Source: Candidatus Nealsonbacteria bacterium (GTDB lineage Bacteria > Patescibacteriota > Minisyncoccia > Minisyncoccales > RBG-13-42-11). Taken from it: a DNA stretch of 42,333 nucleotides. The position numbers and the translations under genes are program-made. Positions within the stretch are counted from its first letter, which is position 1, and the number at the start of each line of letters is the position of its first letter. Below, in pieces: positions 26,132 to 33,170 of the stretch. The DNA lies in assembly GCA_026396115.1 (NCBI GenBank), contig JAPLXL010000003.1, positions 1 through 42,333 of the forward strand, in the 5' to 3' direction. The notes under the pieces were generated by a model. It was given only the letters and a program-made list of their open reading frames with translations, did no database searches and was not told where the DNA came from.

Positions 26132-26665
26132 TTATCCTTCCAGAACTTCTATATACGTTCTTTTAGTTCCAAAGTTGAGGGCTTCCCAATAAGAAGGAAA
26201 CCAGATGTCAAAATGATAATCTTCTTTTCTCCAGTGCATCCGGTCCTCAATTACAAAAATTTTATCTCCATAAATCTCAGGAAATCTAACCTTTGTACCA
26301 AAAGAATATTTATTATTAGCTACAATTCCATCTCTTACTTCAGTTCCGGCAGCAGTAATAAAAGGGTTGCCATCAGTTTCCCAGGGCGTGCTGGAGTAAG
26401 CGGTAATAATTACCAGAAGTTTTTTGACGATTTTGAGTTCCGGATTAGATGGATCAGAAGCCGAAATCAAAGTGTTTTCGTTAAAAAGTAGCAATTTTTC
26501 TTGAGCGAAAAGATTTTCCTCCAAAAACAACTCGGCTTCGCTTTTTTTAATAGGCAAAGCCAAAAAAGGCATTCCAACAATTAAAATTATCAGACCGATG
26601 AAGAAAAAGAGGGAAATTTTTGTTTTATTACCCGATAAAGCGGGGAATTTAGAGTTAATATCCAT
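26132..26665 (-). CDS. 3D-domain cell wall protein
   Basis: ITAYSS...TDGNPFITAAG, IEDRM, HFDIW and an N-terminal TM helix. Confidence 0.88.
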   Translation of the reverse strand: MDINSKFPALSGNKTKISLFFFIGLIILIVGMPFLALPIKKSEAELFLEENLFAQEKLLLFNENTLISASDPSNPELKIVKKLLVIITAYSSTPWETDGNPFITAAGTEVRDGIVANNKYSFGTKVRFPEIYGDKIFVIEDRMHWRKEDYHFDIWFPSYWEALNFGTKRTYIEVLEG

Positions 26666-26751
26666 TTTAAAATCCCGTTTTACGGGATTTCATCATAATA
26701 ACCTATTCATGGAAGATGTCAAGCTCCGGACCCCTGCTTAAACAGAGACGA

Positions 26752-26822
26752 AAGGCGAAAAGAAATTCATCTCTTTGAGTGGCGAAGAGATAAATCTCTT
26801 CTTTGCTCTGTGCTATCGCTTG
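26752..26822 (+). repeat. Family I elements: a fragment plus a copy abutting the tRNA-Gly(GCC) 3' end
   Basis: AAGGCGAAAAGAAATTCATCTCTTT and GGCGAAGAGATAAATCTCTTCTTTGCTCTGTGCTATCGCTTG. Confidence 0.85.
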
Positions 26823-26893
26823 AGCGGGTGATGGGAATCGAACCCACGTGCTCTGATTGGCAACCAGATGCACTACCATTGTGCTACACCCGC
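26823..26893 (-). tRNA. tRNA-Gly(GCC)
   Basis: Acceptor GCGGGTG/CACCCGC, loop TT-GCC-AA. Confidence 0.95.
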
Positions 26894-26904
26894 ATTAATT
26901 CTTG

Positions 26905-26977
26905 TGCCGCGGGCCGGACGTGCGCCGGCTACCTCATCTTTTTCAGAGATGCGCTCTACTGCATGAGCTACCGCGGC
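26905..26977 (-). tRNA. tRNA-Phe(GAA) with a highly atypical T-loop
   Basis: All four stems pair perfectly, loop CT-GAA-AA, T-loop CGCACGT, D-loop ATGCAGTA. Confidence 0.88.
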
Positions 26978-27017
26978 CCGCTTTTAATTTTAATTAAAAA
27001 TCTTTTTTTCAAATGGG

Positions 27018-27042
27018 TGGGTGCGTCAGGACTTGAACCCGG
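27018..27042 (-). pseudogene. tRNA 3' fragment (T-arm plus acceptor strand)
   Basis: CCGGG-TTCAAGT-CCTGA-CGCACCC-A with no 5' half. It is preceded by the hairpin TCCCGC-TTTA-GCGGGA. Confidence 0.6.
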
Positions 27043-27088
27043 AAGTATCCCGCTAAAGCGGGAAACTACGCGGTAGACCTACAATCTG

Positions 27089-27160
27089 TGGACGGTACAG
27101 GATTTGAACCTGTAACCTCCGCGATGTAAACGCGATGCTCTGCCATTGAGCTAACCGTCC
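27089..27160 (-). tRNA. tRNA-Val(TAC)
   Basis: Acceptor GGACGGT/ACCGTCC, loop TT-TAC-AT. Confidence 0.95.
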
Positions 27161-27162
27161 AG

Positions 27163-27246
27163 TGCGCGGGAGAGGACTTGAACCTCCACGTCCATAAGGA
27201 CACTAGCACCTCAAGCTAGCCTGGCTACCAATTACAGCACCCGCGC
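27163..27246 (-). tRNA. tRNA-Leu(GAG)
   Basis: Long variable arm, loop TT-GAG-GT. Confidence 0.95.
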
Positions 27247-27273
27247 CTATAACAATTCCACCACCCGGGCTTA

Positions 27274-27672
27274 TTATTCTTTCATAATAGCTTCCTCTCT
27301 CTTCAATTTTGTCTTTCTTCCCTTAGCTTTTCTTAAATAATAAAGCTTTGCTCTTCTTGCTTTTCCTCGTTTAATCACTTCAATTTTATCAATAATCGGC
27401 GAGTGAACGGGAAAGATTCTTTCAACTCCAACTCCGGAAATTACTTTTCTGACAGTAATAGTTGAGGTAATTCCTTTGCCGTGTTTTTTGGCTATTACCT
27501 GACCTTCAAAAACATGGATTCTTTCTTTTTCTTCCTGTTCTTTAGAAGATTTGTCTTTTTTCAAAGCTTCTTTTTTCATTTTTTGGTGAATTCTAATCGT
27601 ATCACCCGAACGAATATCGGGCAAACCTTGCTTAAGTTGAGTTTTGGTGAACGTTTCTAATTTTGAAGTCAT
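27274..27672 (-). CDS. rplS: 50S ribosomal protein L19
   Basis: [22 protein letters not shown] and RRAKLYYLR, with a charged loop insertion. Confidence 0.97.
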   Translation of the reverse strand: MTSKLETFTKTQLKQGLPDIRSGDTIRIHQKMKKEALKKDKSSKEQEEKERIHVFEGQVIAKKHGKGITSTITVRKVISGVGVERIFPVHSPIIDKIEVIKRGKARRAKLYYLRKAKGRKTKLKREEAIMKE

Positions 27673-27710
27673 TTTAGTGAGTGAATTTCGTTAGAAATTT
27701 ACGAAACTTT

Positions 27711-28331
27711 TTAGAGTTTTAGATTCTTTAATATTTTTTTTAAATCATTGGGCAATTCTGATTTAAATTCTTTTTCTCGACCATTTGGCAAATTTATCTT
27801 TAAACGATGAGAGTGTAAAAAATGTCTTTTTAATTCTTTGGGCGCAGGCTGATTTTTGAATCCGTACATTTTATCTCCGGCAATCGGATGGCCGAGATGA
27901 GCAAAATGGGTTCTGATTTGGTGCTTTCGGCCGGTCTTGAGTTCAACCTCAATCAAATCATAATCTTTAAATCTTTGCAATACTTTATATTTAGTAATTG
28001 CCTTTCTTTTTCCTTGAGAACCGGGTTCATGGGCTAGATATACTTTTTGTTTTTTTCTGTCTCCGGTTGAGCGCCCGATTAAAGTTTCAATTACCCCTTC
28101 TTTATTTTTAAGATTGCCGACTATTAAAGCCAAATATTTCTTCTTGACTCTTCTCTCTTTGAATTGCTTTTGGAAAAACTCTAAGGCCTTGCCACTTTTT
28201 GCTATTAAAAGTATTCCTGAAGTATCTTTATCTAATCTGTGAACTCTTTTTTGAAAATCATCGGAGTTTATTCCTGCTGGCTTGTCTATGACCAGCAAAT
28301 TTTCGTCTTCGTAAATAATATTAAACTTCAT
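27711..28331 (-). CDS. RluA/RluD-family pseudouridine synthase, compact, no S4 domain
   Basis: IDKPAG, HRLDKDTSG, TGRKHQIRTH and GDKMYG. Confidence 0.93.
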   Translation of the reverse strand: MKFNIIYEDENLLVIDKPAGINSDDFQKRVHRLDKDTSGILLIAKSGKALEFFQKQFKERRVKKKYLALIVGNLKNKEGVIETLIGRSTGDRKKQKVYLAHEPGSQGKRKAITKYKVLQRFKDYDLIEVELKTGRKHQIRTHFAHLGHPIAGDKMYGFKNQPAPKELKRHFLHSHRLKINLPNGREKEFKSELPNDLKKILKNLKL

Positions 28332-28332
28332 A

Positions 28333-28407
28333 TGGGCGGTAGAGGACTTGAACCTCTGAACCTCTTCAATGTCAGTGAAGCGCTCTAACCAACTGAGCTA
28401 ACCGCCC
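28333..28407 (-). tRNA. tRNA-Val(GAC)
   Basis: Acceptor GGGCGGT/ACCGCCC, loop CT-GAC-AT. Confidence 0.95.
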
Positions 28408-28408
28408 C

Positions 28409-28484
28409 TGGTGCGCACGGCAGGACTCGAACCTGCGACCTTGGCCTTATAAGGACCCTGCTACTGCCACTGAGCTACGTGCGC
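28409..28484 (-). tRNA. tRNA-Ile(TAT), CCA encoded
   Basis: Acceptor GCGCACG/CGTGCGC, loop CT-TAT-AA, canonical T-loop, A73-CCA. Confidence 0.9.
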
Positions 28485-28490
28485 ATTTGA

Positions 28491-30386
28491 TTATATTACT
28501 TTGATTTTTAATTTCGTTGGTTTTTCTCGTTTTGTTGGCGATTTTGCTTTTGTAATTTTAAGCTTTGATGAAGGCGGTTTTATTAAATTTTCAAATTCTT
28601 CCCTTTCAATGGTTTCTTTCTCAATTAAAGTTTTGGCAATTTTTTCAAGCAATCTTTTTTTCTTCGTCAAAATCTTTCTTGCCTGATTTTCTGCGTCTTT
28701 AATGAATTTTTTCACTTCTTTGTCAATTTGGCTGGCTATCTTTTCAGAATAATTTCTTTGTTCTGAAATTTCTTTTCCCAAGAATGCCAATTCTTCCTTT
28801 TCTCCAAAAGAAATCGGCCCCAAAGAAGACATGCCGTATTCTTTGACCATTTTTCTGGCTAATTGAGAGGCTCTTTCCAGGTCATTTGATGCTCCGGTAG
28901 TTATTTCTCTGAATTTTATTTTCTCGGAGCAGAAACCTGCCAGTAAAGTTGCCATTTCTGAAAGGAATTCCGATTTTGTTTTAATGCTCTTTTCTTCCGT
29001 GGGCATTTTAATCGTATAACCTGCCGCTAATCCTCGGGCAACAATGGATATTTTTCTAATAGGTTCCGTTCCCGGTAGAGAAGCAGAAACCAGAGCATGG
29101 CCGGCTTCGTGATAGGCAGCAATTTCCTTTTCTTTTTTTGACAAAACATGACTTTTTCTTTCCGGTCCCAATAAAACCTTTTCAATTGATTCTAAAAGCT
29201 CTTGTTGAAAAATCTGCTGTTTGTTTCTTCTGGCAGCCAAAATGGCTGCTTCATTAACTGTATTAGCCAAATCTGCTCCGGTAAAACCCGGAGTTCTTTC
29301 AGCCATCTCTCGCAAATTAATATTTAAAGCCAAAGGTTTTCCCCGACAATGAATTTTTAAAATTTCTTCCCTATCATTAATATCAGGTATATCCAAAACC
29401 ACTTTTCGATCAAATCTTCCCGGTCGCAAAAGAGCAGGGTCCAATATATCTCCCCTATTTGTAGCGCTTATAACTATCACATTGGTATCTCTTTCAAAAC
29501 CATCCATTTCCACTAAAATTTGATTTAGGGTCTGTTCTCTTTCGTCGTGGCCACCACCAATTCCCGATCCTCGAACTCGACCAATAGCATCTAACTCATC
29601 AATAAACAAAATAGCCGGAGTTACCTTTTTGGCAGTAGCAAATAAATCTCTTACTCTGCTTGCCCCAACGCCAACGAAAAGTTCAACAAAAGTCGATCCG
29701 GAAGTATGAAAGAAAGGAACATTAGCTTCCCCTGCCACTGCTCTTGCCAATAAGGTTTTGCCAACTCCACTTGGTCCCAAGAGCAGAACTCCTCTGGGAA
29801 TTCTGGCGCCCATCGCTAAGAATTTTTTAGGATTTTTCAAAAAATCTACCACTTCTTTTAATTCTTCTTTGGCTTCTTTCAAGCCGGCCACATCTTTAAA
29901 GGTAATTTTTTCTTTGGAATGGCCTTCGGCTCCAAAAAGCCGAGCTTTGGCTTTTGTAAAATCAAAAGCCTGCATTGCTCCTCCTTTTGCTTGTCGGAAA
30001 ATCATCCAGAAGAAGAACCCAAAAACTAAAAGGGGAAGAATAAATAATATGGGCATTAACCAGGTCCAAACATCTTTTTTTTCTTTTGTTTCAATTTCAA
30101 GTGTTTTTAACTTTTCTTGAGTTACACCGTAATTTATTAAAGATTGGGAAAGAGCGGTTTCTGCCTCTTTTACGGAAAAAGCTTTCGTTTCATCTTGATA
30201 AATTATTTCAAGATCATTGTTCAAAACCGTAATCTTTTTTATTTCACCCTGATTAATTTTTTCAACAACTTGAGTTAAAGACAATTCTTTTTTCTTTTCA
30301 AAAGGATCTGAAAATAAGGTAAAAATACTGGAAATTACCAGAAAAATCAACAGAATAATTATGAAATTTTTCGTCAAATTTTTCAT
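28491..30386 (-). CDS. ftsH: ATP-dependent zinc metalloprotease FtsH
   Basis: Two TM helices, GPSGVGKT, FIDELDAIG, RPGRFDR and HEAGH. The start is moved to 30386 because MEARYI is repeat-derived. Confidence 0.97.
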   Translation of the reverse strand: MKNLTKNFIIILLIFLVISSIFTLFSDPFEKKKELSLTQVVEKINQGEIKKITVLNNDLEIIYQDETKAFSVKEAETALSQSLINYGVTQEKLKTLEIETKEKKDVWTWLMPILFILPLLVFGFFFWMIFRQAKGGAMQAFDFTKAKARLFGAEGHSKEKITFKDVAGLKEAKEELKEVVDFLKNPKKFLAMGARIPRGVLLLGPSGVGKTLLARAVAGEANVPFFHTSGSTFVELFVGVGASRVRDLFATAKKVTPAILFIDELDAIGRVRGSGIGGGHDEREQTLNQILVEMDGFERDTNVIVISATNRGDILDPALLRPGRFDRKVVLDIPDINDREEILKIHCRGKPLALNINLREMAERTPGFTGADLANTVNEAAILAARRNKQQIFQQELLESIEKVLLGPERKSHVLSKKEKEIAAYHEAGHALVSASLPGTEPIRKISIVARGLAAGYTIKMPTEEKSIKTKSEFLSEMATLLAGFCSEKIKFREITTGASNDLERASQLARKMVKEYGMSSLGPISFGEKEELAFLGKEISEQRNYSEKIASQIDKEVKKFIKDAENQARKILTKKKRLLEKIAKTLIEKETIEREEFENLIKPPSSKLKITKAKSPTKREKPTKLKIKVI

Positions 30387-30390
30387 TATA

Positions 30391-30595
30391 TACCGAGCTT
30401 CCATTACCGAGTTCCCATTTATGGGAACGAGGTGGAAGAAGAGGGCGAATCCTTCTTCGCCCTATAGAAGCGAATCGAAGAACATTCGTTCTTCTCTACC
30501 CTTCGCTGTGACTCGGGTAGGTGAAAAAGAGGGCGAAGAAAAGTTTTTCTTCTTTCGTCTCGTCTTTGACTCGACGGTCGAAGTCCTCTTCGCCT
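30391..30595. repeat. Compound/nested cluster of about five family I elements upstream of ftsH
   Basis: Copies at 30391-30404 (partial) and 30405-30462 (-), and an outer copy at 30467-30595 (-) interrupted by 30475-30519 (+) and 30532-30575 (+). Confidence 0.85.
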
Positions 30596-30634
30596 ATTTA
30601 AGATTAACAAAAAAATTTTCAAAAATCAAGAATT

Positions 30635-30671
30635 AAAAAACCTTATACATTGAGGAGCAATAAGGTTTTTT
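30635..30671 (-). terminator. Terminator after rpsA
   Basis: AAAAAACCTTAT...ATAAGGTTTTTT. Confidence 0.65.
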
Positions 30672-30685
30672 GGGGTAAAAAGACG

Positions 30686-31834
30686 CTAATCAACCAATTT
30701 TAAACTTATTCGGTGTTCAACAGAATTAATGGAAAGGATTTGAAATTTGTATTTTTCGCTTATTTTTAAGGCTTCTTCCATTTTTGTTTTGGTTCCAAAT
30801 TCGGAAATATGGCAAAGTCCTTGAATTTTTGGAGTAATTTGAACAAAGACTCCGTAATGATAAAATTTGGTTACTTTACCTTCAATCACATCTCCTTTTT
30901 TATATTCTTTTTCAATATCTTTCCAGGGATCTTTTTTTAGGGCTTTCAAAGACAGGGAAACTTTATTATCGGAAATAGAAATAATTTTTGCCTTAACTTT
31001 TTCCCCCACTTTTACAACATTAGCCGGATTTTCGATCAGTTGCCAGTCCAATTCGGATATATGTATCAACCCCTCGATAAATTCAGGACAAGTTATTTCT
31101 AATTCTTGCCCTTTATAAGTCTGAGTCGAAGAAGATTCCTTTTTCTCCACCTCAGCTAACGCTTCGGTAGCTGAAGATTCGGCGGGGAACTTCATAAAAG
31201 CTCCAAAGTCGGTGATACCGGTGATTTCTCCTTTAACCACATCACCGACTTTATAATTTTTTAAAATTTCTTTTATTCTCCCATCTTTTTTGGCTTTTTC
31301 TGATAAAATCAATTTTCCTTGTTTTGAATCTAAATCAAGAACTTTAACTTCCATTTCTTTCCCAACAAATTTTTGAAGTTCTCCAATGATTTTAGAAACA
31401 TCCCCCTTTTCTACTCGAGGATAGTGTTCTGGCAGTAATTGGGAAACCGGTAAAAAAGCAGGGATGCCAAAAACTTCTGCTAAAAGACCTCCCTTGTTTG
31501 TCCCCAAAATTCTAACCTTTAGAGTTTCATCCTTGTCTTTTTGCTGTTTCAATTTTTCCCAGGTTAATTCGTCAGAGGCTTGGCTTAAAGAGAGTTCAAT
31601 ATAACCCTCTTCGTTCTCGAGGTCTATAATTTTGGCAAAAAGAGTGCTGCCAATTTTTGAATTCTTTATTTCTTCTCTGGCTTCTTGAAATTCTTTTCCG
31701 TAGATTATGCCTGTTCCCATCGGCCCCAAATCTAAAAAAACCGCAGACCTTGCTTTGCCGATAATTTTTCCTTCTACAATTTCACCAACTCTAAGAGGCT
31801 TTAAGAGATTATTTTTTTCCAGTAAATCTTTCAT
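30686..31834 (-). CDS. rpsA: 30S ribosomal protein S1 (four S1 domains) with a repeat-derived insertion
   Basis: S1 motifs NKGGL, AFLPVSQL, DFGAF, EGLIHISEL and GLCHISE. Confidence 0.92.
   Translation of the reverse strand: MKDLLEKNNLLKPLRVGEIVEGKIIGKARSAVFLDLGPMGTGIIYGKEFQEAREEIKNSKIGSTLFAKIIDLENEEGYIELSLSQASDELTWEKLKQQKDKDETLKVRILGTNKGGLLAEVFGIPAFLPVSQLLPEHYPRVEKGDVSKIIGELQKFVGKEMEVKVLDLDSKQGKLILSEKAKKDGRIKEILKNYKVGDVVKGEITGITDFGAFMKFPAESSATEALAEVEKKESSSTQTYKGQELEITCPEFIEGLIHISELDWQLIENPANVVKVGEKVKAKIISISDNKVSLSLKALKKDPWKDIEKEYKKGDVIEGKVTKFYHYGVFVQITPKIQGLCHISEFGTKTKMEEALKISEKYKFQILSINSVEHRISLKLVD
31124..31168 (+). repeat. Family I element (45 bp), in frame in rpsA
   Basis: AGTCGAAGAAGATTCCTTTTTCTCCACCTCAGCTAACGCTTCGGT, encoding TEALAEVEKKESSST. 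Confidence 0.8.
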
Positions 31835-31856
31835 ATATCAAGTTTTCGCATAGCGA

Positions 31857-32025
31857 ATCGAAAGAGGATTTCATCCTCTTTCTCACCTTCGTTTCCTTTG
31901 GAAACTCGGTAAACGAAGATGGAAAAGAGATTTATCTCTTTGACTTTAATTTACAATGAATATTGAATTTTTGCAATAGTTGTGATAAAATTAAATATGT
32001 CGATGAAATTACAATTTCATCTCCA
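31857..32025. repeat. Family I elements in the divergent rpsA promoter region
   Basis: Copies at 31857-31910 (+), 31914-31945 (-, partial) and 31999-32025 (+, the GATGAAATT variant also seen at 10881). Confidence 0.85.
31963..31991 (+). promoter_or_regulatory. Probable sigma70 promoter with extended -10
   Basis: TTGAAT-17 bp-TAAAAT, with TG-n before the -10. Confidence 0.5.
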
Positions 32026-32057
32026 AATTCGATTTTAATAAATTAAAATCTCGCTTT

Positions 32058-32711
32058 ATGACTATTTTTTGGCACGGACAATCTTGTTTTCAAATAATAT
32101 CGAGCCAAGGGAAGAACAATCACGTCAATATTGTTATTGATCCGTATTCTGAAGATATTGGTTTGAAAGTTCCTAAACTTGCGGCAGATATTTTATTAGT
32201 GAGCCATGGTCATCATGACCACAATAATGTCAAAGCGGTCGGAGGCAATCCTTTTTTAGTTTCCGGACCCGGCGAATATGAAATAAAAGAAGTTTTTATT
32301 CAAGGGATTCCCGCCTTTCATGATTCATCCTTGGGAAAAGAAAGAGGCACCAACACCATTTATACTATAGAAACTGAAGAATTAAAGCTTTGCCATCTTG
32401 GAGATCTTGGTCAAAAAGAACTAACCTCAGAACAAATTGATAAAATAGGCCAAGTTGATATTCTAATGATTCCCATAGGTGGAGTTTATACAATTTCAGC
32501 CAAAGAAGCAGTTAAAATAATGTCTCAAATCGAGCCAAACATTATAATTCCCATGCATTATCAGTTGCCAAAATTAAAATTAAAACTTGATGGTCTGGAT
32601 AAATTTTTGAAGACAATGGGAATGAAAAAATTGGATTCCTTGCCAAAATTATTCATAAAAAAGAAAGATATTTTACCGGAGGAAGCGAAAATAATAGTAT
32701 TGCAGCCATAA
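32058..32711 (+). CDS. Metallo-beta-lactamase-fold hydrolase
   Basis: WHGQSCF, IDPY, SHGHHDH, HLGDLG and IPMHY. Confidence 0.9.
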   Translation: MTIFWHGQSCFQIISSQGKNNHVNIVIDPYSEDIGLKVPKLAADILLVSHGHHDHNNVKAVGGNPFLVSGPGEYEIKEVFIQGIPAFHDSSLGKERGTNTIYTIETEELKLCHLGDLGQKELTSEQIDKIGQVDILMIPIGGVYTISAKEAVKIMSQIEPNIIIPMHYQLPKLKLKLDGLDKFLKTMGMKKLDSLPKLFIKKKDILPEEAKIIVLQP

Positions 32712-32777
32712 TTTATTATCTTTTAGCAATGGTTGCCACGTGGTTGCTTAGATTAGCTGAGCAATAGCCCGTTTCAG

Positions 32778-33050
32778 ATGAATATCTTACAAAAAATCCG
32801 GAACCAATCGGAAAAGACTCGAAAAGTAATTTTATGGGTGATAGTGATTATTTTTGGTTTGATTTTATTCTTTTTTTGGATAAAAAACGTTCAAAGTAAA
32901 TTAGAAAGTTTTCAAAAGGAAGAATTTAAAGAAAAATTAAATCTCCCGAAACTGGAAGTGCCAAAAATTGAAATGCCAAAGTTTGAAATGCCAGAGTTTT
33001 CAGAAGAGGAATTAAAGAAGTTAGAGGAGACGATGGGAGAAACAGAATAA
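32778..33050 (+). CDS. Small membrane-anchored hypothetical protein
   Basis: One TM helix and a pentapeptide repeat PKLEV-PKIEM-PKFEM-PEF. Confidence 0.7.
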   Translation: MNILQKIRNQSEKTRKVILWVIVIIFGLILFFFWIKNVQSKLESFQKEEFKEKLNLPKLEVPKIEMPKFEMPEFSEEELKKLEETMGETE

Positions 33051-33061
33051 CCGCTTGACGA

Positions 33062-33161
33062 ACCGAGTTTCCGAAGGAAGCGAAGTCGAAGAGATAAATC
33101 TCTTCTTCGCCCTTCGTTGCGACTCGGGTAGGTGAAGAAGAGTACAAAGTACTCTTCGCCT
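33062..33161. repeat. Nested family I pair upstream of gyrA
   Basis: The outer (-) copy is split at GCGAAG|GTGAAG by an inner (+) copy at 33086-33129, with AG on both sides. Confidence 0.92.
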
Positions 33162-33170
33162 AATAAAAAT

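Noticed and set aside
23194-27042. The 5' tRNA half (23194) and 3' fragment (27018) as one split tRNA
   Set aside because: The acceptor strands do not pair (GGGCCTG vs CGCACCC), and no complementary guide flanks were seen.
30361-30636. ORFs 30361-30636 (+) and 30419-30622 (-)
   Set aside because: They are composed of nested repeat copies that happen to lack stop codons.
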